From Paenibacillus sp. KN14-4R (lineage in GTDB: Bacteria > Bacillota > Bacilli > Paenibacillales > NBRC-103111), in assembly GCF_052180255.1 (NCBI RefSeq), contig NZ_CP197466.1, forward strand, positions 574,922 to 598,921: 24,000 nt of DNA, written 5' to 3'. Shown in pieces: positions 16,051-24,000 of the stretch; within the stretch, counting starts at the first letter, position 1, and every line of letters starts with the position of its first letter. The notes under the pieces are model-generated. The model saw only the letters and a program-made list of their open reading frames with translations, was not told the origin of the DNA and ran no database searches. Both the position numbers and the translations under genes were made by a program.

Positions 16051-17400
16051 ATGAAAAAACGAGTTGTGACGAAGAAACTTTTTGTCGGAGCAATGGCAGT
16101 TATGATGGGTACAGGGCTGGCTGCATGCGGTTCGAAAGAAGAAACAGCAGCAACAGCAACCCCAGGAGCGGCATCACCTTCAACAGCTACACAACAACCT
16201 ACACAAGCACCGACAGCCAAACCTGTTACATTGAAATTCCCAATTTGGTCTACGGTTACTCAAGATAATTTTGCAAAATTAAAATTGATTGAAGAATACA
16301 AGAAAGTGAAGCCGAATGTGACGATCGAGGTCGAACTGCTGAAAGATACAGAGTTCGAGAATACGATGAAAATTCGTAATGCGGCCAATGAGCTTCCAGA
16401 TATTTTAACATTGAAACCATCTTGGCTCTTGAACTTCAAAGATAACATCATCCCACTGGACGATTTGAAAGCAGCACAGAACAATTTGTTCGCAAAAGAC
16501 TACGCAATCGACGGTAAAATCTACGGTGTTCCGCAAGACCGTTTTAACGAATTTGTCTGGTACAGAAAGAGTGTATTTGCAGAATATAACCTTCAAATTC
16601 CAAAAACATGGGATCAATTCATTGAAGCAGCACAGAAAATTAAAGACGGCAAGAAATATACACCTTTACTGATGGGTGGTAAAGATGGATGGCCAGATTA
16701 CCCGTTCAATGAATTCATGCCAGCACTTGAAACGGGCGACGGTCATATATGGAACTCTATGGCTGCTGTAGATGAGCCATTCTCGAAAGATCAACCCTTC
16801 TACAAAGCCTATGCGAAAATAAAAAAATTGTATGATGCCAAAGTAATGGGTAAAGACCCACTTGGTATTGGTTGGGATCAAGCGAAGGCTGCATTCGGCG
16901 CCAAACAAGGTGCTATGATTGCTTCCGGTCAATGGTTCGTCTCCGATGTTGAGAAAATGATGAATGGTGACATGAGCGACATCGGTGCATTCTTGCTGCC
17001 AGTCAGAGAGAAAGAAACCGATAAATTAAATACCATCACAATGGTAGATACATTCTTCACGATCCCTAAAGCATCCAAAAATCAACAAGAAGCGAAAGAA
17101 TTCTTAGAGTGGTTCTTCAGCAAAGATTGGTATACAAAATTGATGACAACGTCCAAGATTGCATCAACGATGAAAGGTATAGATATCGACTTAGGCGCTA
17201 CTTTCAAACCGGCATATGAGAACATAGACCTGAACTACGTTGTATATGCTGGCACGAACGAGAGCTACAAGAAAATCGAGTCCACTATTAAATTTGATGT
17301 GAAGAAAATGGGTCAAGACATGATGGCAGGCAAAGATTTTGAGAAGATGATGACAGACATGAACAAGCAATGGAAAGATGCTAAATCTAAAATCAAGTAA
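16051..17400 (+). CDS. ABC transporter extracellular solute-binding lipoprotein (carbohydrate, family 1 type)
   Basis: A signal peptide with lipobox LAAC is followed by a low-complexity T/A/P/Q tether and a ~400-aa SBP body. The gene is genomically linked to two CUT1-type permeases. Confidence 0.88.
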   Translation: MKKRVVTKKLFVGAMAVMMGTGLAACGSKEETAATATPGAASPSTATQQPTQAPTAKPVTLKFPIWSTVTQDNFAKLKLIEEYKKVKPNVTIEVELLKDTEFENTMKIRNAANELPDILTLKPSWLLNFKDNIIPLDDLKAAQNNLFAKDYAIDGKIYGVPQDRFNEFVWYRKSVFAEYNLQIPKTWDQFIEAAQKIKDGKKYTPLLMGGKDGWPDYPFNEFMPALETGDGHIWNSMAAVDEPFSKDQPFYKAYAKIKKLYDAKVMGKDPLGIGWDQAKAAFGAKQGAMIASGQWFVSDVEKMMNGDMSDIGAFLLPVREKETDKLNTITMVDTFFTIPKASKNQQEAKEFLEWFFSKDWYTKLMTTSKIASTMKGIDIDLGATFKPAYENIDLNYVVYAGTNESYKKIESTIKFDVKKMGQDMMAGKDFEKMMTDMNKQWKDAKSKIK

Positions 17401-17425
17401 TCGCATAACAAATTAATTTCACCAA

Positions 17426-17472
17426 ATATAGTGGCTGCTGAATGATAGCGGTCGCTATATTTTTATATTATT
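17426..17472 (+). terminator. Rho-independent terminator after solute-binding protein gene
   Basis: ATATAGTGGCTGC-(9 nt)-GCGGTCGCTATAT forms 13 bp, three of them G.U. It is followed by TTTTATATTATTT. Confidence 0.65.
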
Positions 17473-17533
17473 TAAAATAATAAATCTATTATAATTAATT
17501 AAGATATCACGAGGCTGATAGACCAAGAGGAGA

Positions 17534-19333
17534 GTGGGCGCCATCAAACGTAAGGGTTTGACATATAAGTATTTAAAAGTGTTTATCCTGCTCATTGTGA
17601 TCCCCATTTTCTTTATCAACTTTTTAATTTATACCGTTTACTCGCAGATTTTAATGAACAATTCGATTGATCGTAACTTGCAAGCGATGGAGCAGATTTC
17701 GTTTGCGGTTGAGAGTGAGATTAAGCGGTTAATATTCGCTGCTGCGAGCATTGCCAACGGTAATAAGAATGAAATTGTCGAGCTGGTGACGAATTGGAAT
17801 CGAGCCGAAGATTTATCTACGAAGTTCCATTACTCGGATGATATTGACGCACGACTTGGTTATTTATTTAACTATCGAAGTGATTTACAGGCTGTCATAT
17901 TCTTTTTCCGAGATCAAGGTCATTATTTTTATAAAAGTGGGTTAAGTCTGTCCGAAGATGATGTTCGTGAGCTGCAACCCTATCGGGCCGCACTTCAGCA
18001 CAAAGGAAGGGCTGTCGTTCCTGGAGCACTGAAGACGATTACGGAGAACACGAAGGATAAATATTTACTCTCTATCTTGCTTAGTCCTGATGTCAATGGC
18101 GCGCGCAACGATGTAGAGATGATTTATATGGCATTGCAGACGAGCTACTTGGATACTTTTTACTCGGGTTTTAAGTACAATCGGATCGGCGAAATGCTCA
18201 TTTTGGATGAGAATGGAACGGTTGTCGTCAGCCAAAATAAGAATCTGATGGGTACAAAGCTTGACCATTATGATGCACTTAAGCCGTATTTAGGTACGGA
18301 TGCGAAATCCGTTAAAATGGATATAAATGGTAGTAAGAAGATGATTACAACGTTCCCGATCGAGACGACGAACTGGAGCATTGTGAACGAGATGGATTAT
18401 CAAGTCATTACGCAGGATATCTCCAAAGTCTTCCGTATTTCGATCCTGATTTCAGTAGCGATTATTGTCCTGTTTTTTGTCTTTTCTATCTTGTTCTTTA
18501 GAGGGATATTAAATCCTGTTAATGATTTGATTCGTAAAATGAAAGATGTGGAACGCGGCAATTTTGATGCCAAAATTGATTTGAAGGGGGATGGTGAAAT
18601 TCGTCATCTGAGTCATACCTTTAACAAAATGACGACCGAGATTAAGCTTCTAATGGAAGAGCGAGACTTGAAGGAACGAGAGCGAAGTCAGGCTGAGATT
18701 GAAGCCTTACAATCGCAGATTAACCCGCATTTTATTGCAAATACATTAAATTCAATTCGGCTTATGGCCATGATTGCTAAGGTTGACAGCATCCGAAAGA
18801 TGATCGAAGCTTTTACGAAGTTACTCTCGAATTCTTTTGGCAGGGGAGGAACGCTAGCGTCGGTTCAACAAGAAATGGAAAGCTTGGAGAACTATATCTA
18901 CATCATGAAAGTTCGATATGGAGAGCAGTTTGATGTTCAGTTCGATATGGAAGATCAGATTCAAGATTACATGATGCTCAAGATGCTGCTTCAGCCGATT
19001 ATTGAGAATGCAATCCTACACGGTGTGAATCAAATTGAGCACAAAGGGATGATTACCGTTCGAGGTTACAAGCAAGGTGAGGGATTGTATTTTGAGGTTA
19101 CGGATAATGGGGTAGGGATGACAGAGCAGCAGCTTCAGCAGTTAATGGCTCGTGGCAGTCGGATTAAATACGGCTTTAACAGCATTGGAATGCGGAATGT
19201 AGATCAGCGTATCAAGCTGAACTATGGTCAGCAATATGGACTTGAAGTTGAGAGTGTCATTGATCAATTCACACGGGTTCAGATGTATCTACCGATCATT
19301 ATGAATGAAGGCGAGGAGAATCCGCATGTATAA
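17534..19333 (+). CDS. Sensor histidine kinase, YesM-like (two TM helices, extracytoplasmic sensor, HAMP, His_kinase/HATPase)
   Basis: TM1 is FILLIVIPIFFINFLIYTVY and TM2 is ISILISVAIIVLFFVFSILFF, with a HAMP-like segment after TM2. The phospho-His region LQSQINPHFIANTLNSI and the ATPase motifs (QPIIENAILHG, DNGVGM) are present. The GTG start at 17534 sits only about 3 nt after GAGG, so the start is uncertain. Confidence 0.88.
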   Translation: MGAIKRKGLTYKYLKVFILLIVIPIFFINFLIYTVYSQILMNNSIDRNLQAMEQISFAVESEIKRLIFAAASIANGNKNEIVELVTNWNRAEDLSTKFHYSDDIDARLGYLFNYRSDLQAVIFFFRDQGHYFYKSGLSLSEDDVRELQPYRAALQHKGRAVVPGALKTITENTKDKYLLSILLSPDVNGARNDVEMIYMALQTSYLDTFYSGFKYNRIGEMLILDENGTVVVSQNKNLMGTKLDHYDALKPYLGTDAKSVKMDINGSKKMITTFPIETTNWSIVNEMDYQVITQDISKVFRISILISVAIIVLFFVFSILFFRGILNPVNDLIRKMKDVERGNFDAKIDLKGDGEIRHLSHTFNKMTTEIKLLMEERDLKERERSQAEIEALQSQINPHFIANTLNSIRLMAMIAKVDSIRKMIEAFTKLLSNSFGRGGTLASVQQEMESLENYIYIMKVRYGEQFDVQFDMEDQIQDYMMLKMLLQPIIENAILHGVNQIEHKGMITVRGYKQGEGLYFEVTDNGVGMTEQQLQQLMARGSRIKYGFNSIGMRNVDQRIKLNYGQQYGLEVESVIDQFTRVQMYLPIIMNEGEENPHV

Positions 19334-20948
19334 AATGTTAATTGTGGAAGATGAGCACATTGTCAAAGTGGCACTGAAGTCATTAATTAACTGGAACGAG
19401 TATGGCTTTGATTATACATACGAAGCGTCTAACGGCAAGCAGGGTTTGGATATCCTGAAGCAGCATCCAGACATTGATGTTGTGATTACGGATATTAATA
19501 TGCCTATTATGGATGGTCTGCAGATGATCAAAGAGATCCGGAATTTGGGGCTCTCTCCGCAGATTATCATTCTAAGTGCGTATGATGATTATGTGTTAGT
19601 TCGGCAAGCCCTTAAATTACAAACGTCCGATTACATGTTGAAAAATGAGATGGACTCCGATCATATGATTCATTTACTGAAAGAAATGAAAATCAAGTTG
19701 GAAGCCAAAAGCTATGAGCGTCAAAGTATTCATTACCCACCGAGTGTTAATAAATTGTCTAAAGAGCATGTGTTCAAGCAAATGACGAGCAGCAAATGGA
19801 CTTCGGAAATGCAAGAGAAGATCGAAGAGCAGCAGATTCGTTTGACATCACGTAATCTTATTGTCTGCTACATCTGGATTGATGACTATGATGCAATAAC
19901 GGATAAATATGATGAACCGACACAGAAAACGTTCGAGACGACCGTTCTGAATATTATGTATCAATGTTTGGATGAGGCCAATGTGGGAGAAGCCTTTCAT
20001 CTAACGAAGCAGCAGTATGCCTGTGTTGTCTCACTGCCGAGTACCGGACTTAGTCAAATCCGACATGCGCTGACGGAATTGTTATCCCAAATCGCTTCCA
20101 ATTTAAAGCATTACATGAATATTAGTGTTTCAATCGGAATTAGTGATGTGCGCACAGGCTTTGAACAAATTCAATCTCTGTTTACACAGGCGCAGAAACA
20201 TGCCAGTCTTCGCTTTATTTTTGGGAAATCAAGGCTTATTTTTCCAGAGCATGCAGCAGCCTTTGTTGGAACGGCAAGTACTCGACTTTCAGGTAAGGAA
20301 GCTGCATATATCCAAGCTTTAAAAGATGCAGATCAAGATCAGGCATTACTCGAACTTGAACACTTATTCTCGATTATTGTTCAGACGATGTCAGATCAAA
20401 TCGATGATTTGTATGGGCAATATAGGGAACTGCAATTTATCGTAATGCGATATATTTATGATCTAGGAGAAGAAGCGGAAGAAATGAATCGGATCGCAAA
20501 GCAGTTGTATTATACGATGACGAAATTTGAGACATGTGAAGAGATACATATGTCTATGCGTGACATGACAGTGAATATTATTACGTTCATGAAAACTCGT
20601 AAAGATACGACAATCATTAGTGCTGTTAACCGCGCCCAGCAATTTATCAGAGCGAATTATTGTGAAGACTTAACCTTGAAGATGGTTAGTGATTTTGTGG
20701 AATTAAGTGAGAGTCATTTCAGTCATATGTTCTCCAAGGAAACCGGAGGGACTTTTACCGATTTTCTGACCAAGACTCGGGTAGAGCGGGCGAAGGAGCT
20801 TATTGCGACGACGAATATGAAGGTGTATGAAATTGCGGAGAAAGTGGGGTATACGAATACGGAGCATTTTAGCCGTGTATTCAAAAAAGTAACGGGCTTT
20901 TCACCTGCACATTTTAAGCAATGCGAATCGATGCCGGGAATCCAATGA
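19326..20948 (+). CDS. Response regulator with C-terminal AraC-type HTH, YesN-like
   Basis: A REC domain is present (MLIVEDEH..., DVVITDINMPIMDG, ILSAYDDY), followed by ~300 aa of unassigned sequence and an AraC HTH pair (FVELSESHFSHMFSKETG; GYTNTEHFSRVFKKVTG). The ATG at 19326 has a GAGGAG RBS and overlaps the kinase stop by 8 nt. Confidence 0.88.
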   Translation: MYKMLIVEDEHIVKVALKSLINWNEYGFDYTYEASNGKQGLDILKQHPDIDVVITDINMPIMDGLQMIKEIRNLGLSPQIIILSAYDDYVLVRQALKLQTSDYMLKNEMDSDHMIHLLKEMKIKLEAKSYERQSIHYPPSVNKLSKEHVFKQMTSSKWTSEMQEKIEEQQIRLTSRNLIVCYIWIDDYDAITDKYDEPTQKTFETTVLNIMYQCLDEANVGEAFHLTKQQYACVVSLPSTGLSQIRHALTELLSQIASNLKHYMNISVSIGISDVRTGFEQIQSLFTQAQKHASLRFIFGKSRLIFPEHAAAFVGTASTRLSGKEAAYIQALKDADQDQALLELEHLFSIIVQTMSDQIDDLYGQYRELQFIVMRYIYDLGEEAEEMNRIAKQLYYTMTKFETCEEIHMSMRDMTVNIITFMKTRKDTTIISAVNRAQQFIRANYCEDLTLKMVSDFVELSESHFSHMFSKETGGTFTDFLTKTRVERAKELIATTNMKVYEIAEKVGYTNTEHFSRVFKKVTGFSPAHFKQCESMPGIQ

Positions 20949-20990
20949 TATATCATGTTAACCGAAAAATACATCATTAATTCCGCTAGT

Positions 20991-21006
20991 TGTAAGCGCT
21001 ATTATT
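20991..21006 (+). promoter_or_regulatory. cre-like motif overlapping a TATTAT -10, upstream of the permease genes
   Basis: TGTAAGCGCTATTATT is identical to 15988-16003. It lies 66 nt upstream of the preferred permease ATG (21057). Confidence 0.5.
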
Positions 21007-21056
21007 AGTGTGTACATACGTCATGCATGCTTTATTTCGAGGAGGCGGACAGGATC

Positions 21057-21947
21057 ATGCTTACACTAGCTAGGCAAAAAACGTTATTGCTTATTACTTT
21101 CTTGTTTATCCCGGTCATTCTGCTTATCTTATTCGTTATTTATCCGACATTCGAATTGTTTCGAATTAGCCTTACAGACTGGGATGGTCTGAGTAAGACG
21201 CAAAATTATGTTGGAATAAGTAATTTCGTTAAGGTATTTACAGAATCAGCTGATATTTGGCTTTCACTGAAGAACAATTTGATTTATTTTATTGCACATT
21301 TGATTTTTATACCGATTGAATTAATGATAGCTATTGTGCTTGATAGTAAGATTCGCGCCAGTAAATTTTTTAAGACAATGGTATTCATGCCCTATATTAT
21401 TAATGGGGTTGCCATTTCGTATATTTTCGCTTTCTTTTACAGTCCGATGAATGGTGGATTGAACGGCATTCTAGAGATGCTAGGTCTTGATTCTCTCATT
21501 ACAGGTTGGTTAACGAATGAACATGTCGTCAATTTCAGCTTGGTGATTGTGTCCTTATGGCGGTTTAGTGGCTTTCACATCATTTTATTTCTCGCAGGTC
21601 TACAATCGATTCCGCGGGATCAGATTGAAGCTGCGATGATCGATGGTGCCACGGTTATCCAGAGATTTAAGTACATTATGATTCCAGGCGTTATGCGTGT
21701 CCTGCAAATCTTATTGTTCCTTAATGTTAATGGTGCGCTGCAAGTGTTCGATATTCCTTATATTATGACGCAAGGTGGACCTGGTCACGATAGCAGTACG
21801 TTTACACTCTACACGCTAGAGACTGCCTTTAAGTTTAACAGTTTTGGAATGGCTTCTACGATGGGAATTACGATGTTGTTCTTTATTATCATATTGAACT
21901 GGATTCAGAATCGGGCGTTAAGAACGAAAGGAGTGGGTGAAGAATGA
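21057..21947 (+). CDS. Carbohydrate ABC transporter permease (MalF/UgpA-like)
   Basis: This multi-TM protein has the EAA-loop region IEAAMIDGATVIQRFKYIMIP. I prefer the ATG at 21057, downstream of the GAGGAGG RBS. The ORF-track start at 21027 lies upstream of that RBS. Confidence 0.88.
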   Translation: MLTLARQKTLLLITFLFIPVILLILFVIYPTFELFRISLTDWDGLSKTQNYVGISNFVKVFTESADIWLSLKNNLIYFIAHLIFIPIELMIAIVLDSKIRASKFFKTMVFMPYIINGVAISYIFAFFYSPMNGGLNGILEMLGLDSLITGWLTNEHVVNFSLVIVSLWRFSGFHIILFLAGLQSIPRDQIEAAMIDGATVIQRFKYIMIPGVMRVLQILLFLNVNGALQVFDIPYIMTQGGPGHDSSTFTLYTLETAFKFNSFGMASTMGITMLFFIIILNWIQNRALRTKGVGEE

Positions 21948-22819
21948 AGGTAGATGTTGGACTTAATCGGAACACACCTGCCATTTCATTTAATCGCACG
22001 CGGTTTTTTAGTCTTGCTGCTAGGTATGTCTTGCTTGCAGCAATCTGTGTGATTGTTGTTATCCCGCTGCTGATTGCCATCTTTTCTTCTTTTAAAACTT
22101 CGGTTCAGATCGGTTTAGAATTTTCGTTACGACCGCCCTCAGAGTTCAATTTGGACAATTATAAAATCGTATTTACACAAGGTAATATATTTACCGGCTT
22201 TTTAAACTCTATGATTCTTGTCGTGGTAAGTGTCGTGGTCAATGCGTTATTGAGTGCGATGACGGCTTATTGTTTGAATCGCTTTGATTTTAAATTAAAA
22301 AAAGTCATACTCGGTTTATTCGTAGTCGGAATGATTATGCCTGCGATGATCACGGAAATCTCAAGATTCACAGTCATTAAGAACTTGCATCTGTACAATA
22401 CGATCTGGGCACCCATTGTGATCTATGCGGCAGCAAATCTGATGCAGCTGTATATTTATTTTCAATTTATGGAGAAGATCCCTCGCTCGTTAGATGAGAG
22501 TGCGTTGATTGACGGAGGGAATTATTTTACTGTTTTTTGGAAAATTGTATTCCCGCTCATGGCACCCGCTACAGCTACACTGGCGATTATTAAGGCTGTT
22601 GATGTCATCAATGATATGTACGTACCGTACTTGTATATGCCTTCGGAGAAGCTGCGAACCTTAACGACGACATTGATGTATTTTAGCAGTTCGAAATTCG
22701 GGGCATGGGAATACTTGAGTGCGGCAATTGTAGTTGTTATGCTGCCGACATTGCTTATTTATCTGATCTTTCAAAAGTACATTTTTGCAGGTATTGTTGC
22801 CGGGGCAGTTAAAGAATAA
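21944..22819 (+). CDS. Carbohydrate ABC transporter permease (MalG/UgpE-like)
   Basis: An ATGA start/stop overlap links it to the upstream permease. The EAA-loop region is LDESALIDGGNYFTVFWKIVFPL, and about six TM helices are predicted. Confidence 0.88.
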   Translation: MKVDVGLNRNTPAISFNRTRFFSLAARYVLLAAICVIVVIPLLIAIFSSFKTSVQIGLEFSLRPPSEFNLDNYKIVFTQGNIFTGFLNSMILVVVSVVVNALLSAMTAYCLNRFDFKLKKVILGLFVVGMIMPAMITEISRFTVIKNLHLYNTIWAPIVIYAAANLMQLYIYFQFMEKIPRSLDESALIDGGNYFTVFWKIVFPLMAPATATLAIIKAVDVINDMYVPYLYMPSEKLRTLTTTLMYFSSSKFGAWEYLSAAIVVVMLPTLLIYLIFQKYIFAGIVAGAVKE

Positions 22820-22881
22820 TGCTATAGGTATGGCATTATTATCCCGTCAGCGGCTATACTAAACATGAAGGAGGGATCCTT

Positions 22882-23787
22882 ATGTCTGTACAAAGCCGCT
22901 CATCACTCATCGCAGTTTGGATTTCACTCCTAGCTAATATTGTGTTAACGGGTATGAAACTGATTGTCGGTTTTTTGTTTCAATCGCAAGTATTAATTGC
23001 AGATGGTATTCATAATGCGGGCGATGTGATCGCAGTTGCGACTGCTTATAGTGCAATGCGAGTATCGAATAAGCCAGCGGACGATGATCATCCTTATGGA
23101 CATGGGAAGGCAGAAGTGCTTGGCGCTTTCATGGTCGCGATTATCCTCGGATTAGCTGCAGTTTATATGGGCTTCCATGCCGTTGATGCATTCTTTGGAC
23201 CTGCGCCAAGTGTACATATTATCGCCTTTATTGCTGCCATCGTATCTTTAATAATCAAACAGGTATTGTACGTTTATACCATGCGTGTAGGACGAGAAGC
23301 GAATTCCAAGGGACTCATTGCAACGGCTTATGATCATCTTGCAGATGTTTATGCTTCTATTGCAGCAGCTGCGGGTATTGGGATTGGGCTTTTAGGCGAC
23401 TTCTATCATATTCCGATCCTTGCTTACGGGGACCCCATTGCGGGACTTATCGTTTCTTTTCTCGTATTAAAACTGGCTTGGGAGATGGGGAAGGAATCGT
23501 ACGATATTCTAATGGAGAAGTCCGTGGCACCAGAGGAACTGGATGCATTTGCTGCATTGATTAGTTCCGTACCTGAGGTTAAAAGGATTGATCGTCTTCG
23601 TGCACGCGAGCATGGTCACTATACGCTGGTTGATGCACGAGTTAGTGTGCTAGGAACGTTAAGCATTCAGGAAGGCCACGATGTTATTCGTGTGATGAAG
23701 AACAGTATTATGATGGCTTACCCAGAAGTGGATGAAGTACTTGTTCACTTAAATCCGTGGTATCCAAAAGACGATAATCGAGGGTGA
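22882..23787 (+). CDS. Cation diffusion facilitator (CDF) family metal efflux transporter
   Basis: Six N-terminal TM helices carry the TM2 motif ADGIHNAGD and the TM5 motif YDHLADVYAS, followed by a C-terminal cytoplasmic domain (RIDRLRAREHGHYTLVDARV). An AAGGAGGG RBS lies 7 nt upstream. Confidence 0.88.
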   Translation: MSVQSRSSLIAVWISLLANIVLTGMKLIVGFLFQSQVLIADGIHNAGDVIAVATAYSAMRVSNKPADDDHPYGHGKAEVLGAFMVAIILGLAAVYMGFHAVDAFFGPAPSVHIIAFIAAIVSLIIKQVLYVYTMRVGREANSKGLIATAYDHLADVYASIAAAAGIGIGLLGDFYHIPILAYGDPIAGLIVSFLVLKLAWEMGKESYDILMEKSVAPEELDAFAALISSVPEVKRIDRLRAREHGHYTLVDARVSVLGTLSIQEGHDVIRVMKNSIMMAYPEVDEVLVHLNPWYPKDDNRG

Positions 23788-23791
23788 GTAG

Positions 23792-23831
23792 AAATAGAGG
23801 TAGCTCCTGCTTAGGGGCTACCTCTATTTTA
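23792..23831. terminator. Bidirectional terminator between CDF gene and convergent kinase gene
   Basis: AAATAGAGGTAGC (23792-23804) pairs with GCTACCTCTATTT (17-29 of the 238xx block, i.e. 23817-23829) in a perfect 13-bp stem with a 12-nt loop. It is followed by TTTAT on plus and overlaps the minus-strand TAG stop. Confidence 0.8.
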
Positions 23832-24000
23832 TAGCTGGGAAGGACAGAGTTACGATGGTGCCTTTTCCAATTTGACTGTCAAAATGAATCGTCCCCTCCA
23901 TCTCTGTGACAAGTCGGAATGTAACCATAACCCCAAGACCCGTTCCCGTTGTCTTAGTGGAATAGAATGCTTTACCGATGGAAAGAAGCTGTTCTTTGGA
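23824..24000 (-). CDS. Sensor histidine kinase, C-terminal HATPase_c fragment (N-terminus outside window)
   Basis: This ORF is not in the ORF track because it is partial. The reverse complement translates in frame from base 24000 as SKEQLLSIGKAFYSTKTTGTGLGVMVTFRLVTEMEGTIHFDSQIGKGTIVTLSFPAIK*. It contains the G2 box GTGLG and the terminal GxGT segment. Confidence 0.8.
   Translation of the reverse strand, partial: SKEQLLSIGKAFYSTKTTGTGLGVMVTFRLVTEMEGTIHFDSQIGKGTIVTLSFPAIK

Noticed and set aside
20946-20955. A perfect 10-nt palindrome TGATATATCA at the response-regulator stop, resembling TGATAATATCA at 4827-4837.
   Set aside because: Short AT-only palindromes are expected by chance in this composition. 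Spacing differs between the two copies, and neither fits the Fur/PerR/Zur 7-1-7 boxes.
1-24000. A search by eye for CRISPR repeats, tRNA/rRNA genes, IS or transposase genes, integrases, phage genes, toxin-antitoxin pairs and classic defence genes.
   Set aside because: I found no regularly spaced direct repeats, no cloverleaf-like or rRNA-like segments, and no ORF with recombinase, nuclease-helicase or toxin signatures. Absence by eye is not proof, and tRNAscan, Infernal and defence-finder runs would settle it.

Overview
The window is chromosomal DNA from a low-to-mid GC Firmicute. Gene content and protein sequences look Paenibacillaceae-like, but that is a judgement from memory, not a search. 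I can support 25 protein-coding genes. I found no rRNA, tRNA, CRISPR array, IS element, transposase, integrase or phage gene. From left to right: mutY (5' end cut by the window edge), an AraC/GyrI-like regulator, and sodA on the minus strand. Next comes a minus-strand two-gene unit (a UbiA-family prenyltransferase plus an unassignable soluble beta-rich protein), a VOC/glyoxalase-fold gene and a GNAT acetyltransferase. A tightly coupled DUF402-queG-ogt operon follows, then an FAD-oxidoreductase-like lipoprotein with an HD-GYP-type protein, yneF-like, and folE. The right half is a carbohydrate locus: a divergent AraC regulator and GH35 beta-galactosidase, an IclR regulator, and a cassette of solute-binding lipoprotein, YesM-like kinase, YesN-like REC-AraC regulator and two ABC permeases. 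It ends with a CDF cation transporter and the 3' end of a convergent histidine kinase. I do not see a clear-cut novel system such as a defence island. The best candidate for undescribed biology is the UbiA-family enzyme, which has an atypical second Asp-rich motif and is paired with a jelly-roll-like protein, behind a terminator-containing leader. Other points worth a second look are a sharp GC spike (about 60-75%) confined to the 3' half of the IclR gene and abutting an AT-rich ABC/two-component cassette, an identical cre-like 16-mer in two promoters of that cassette, and a Sec-type lipoprotein with a degenerate FAD-binding motif next to an HD-G(M)P protein. All family assignments rest on motifs read by eye and remembered family signatures. 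None was checked against a database.
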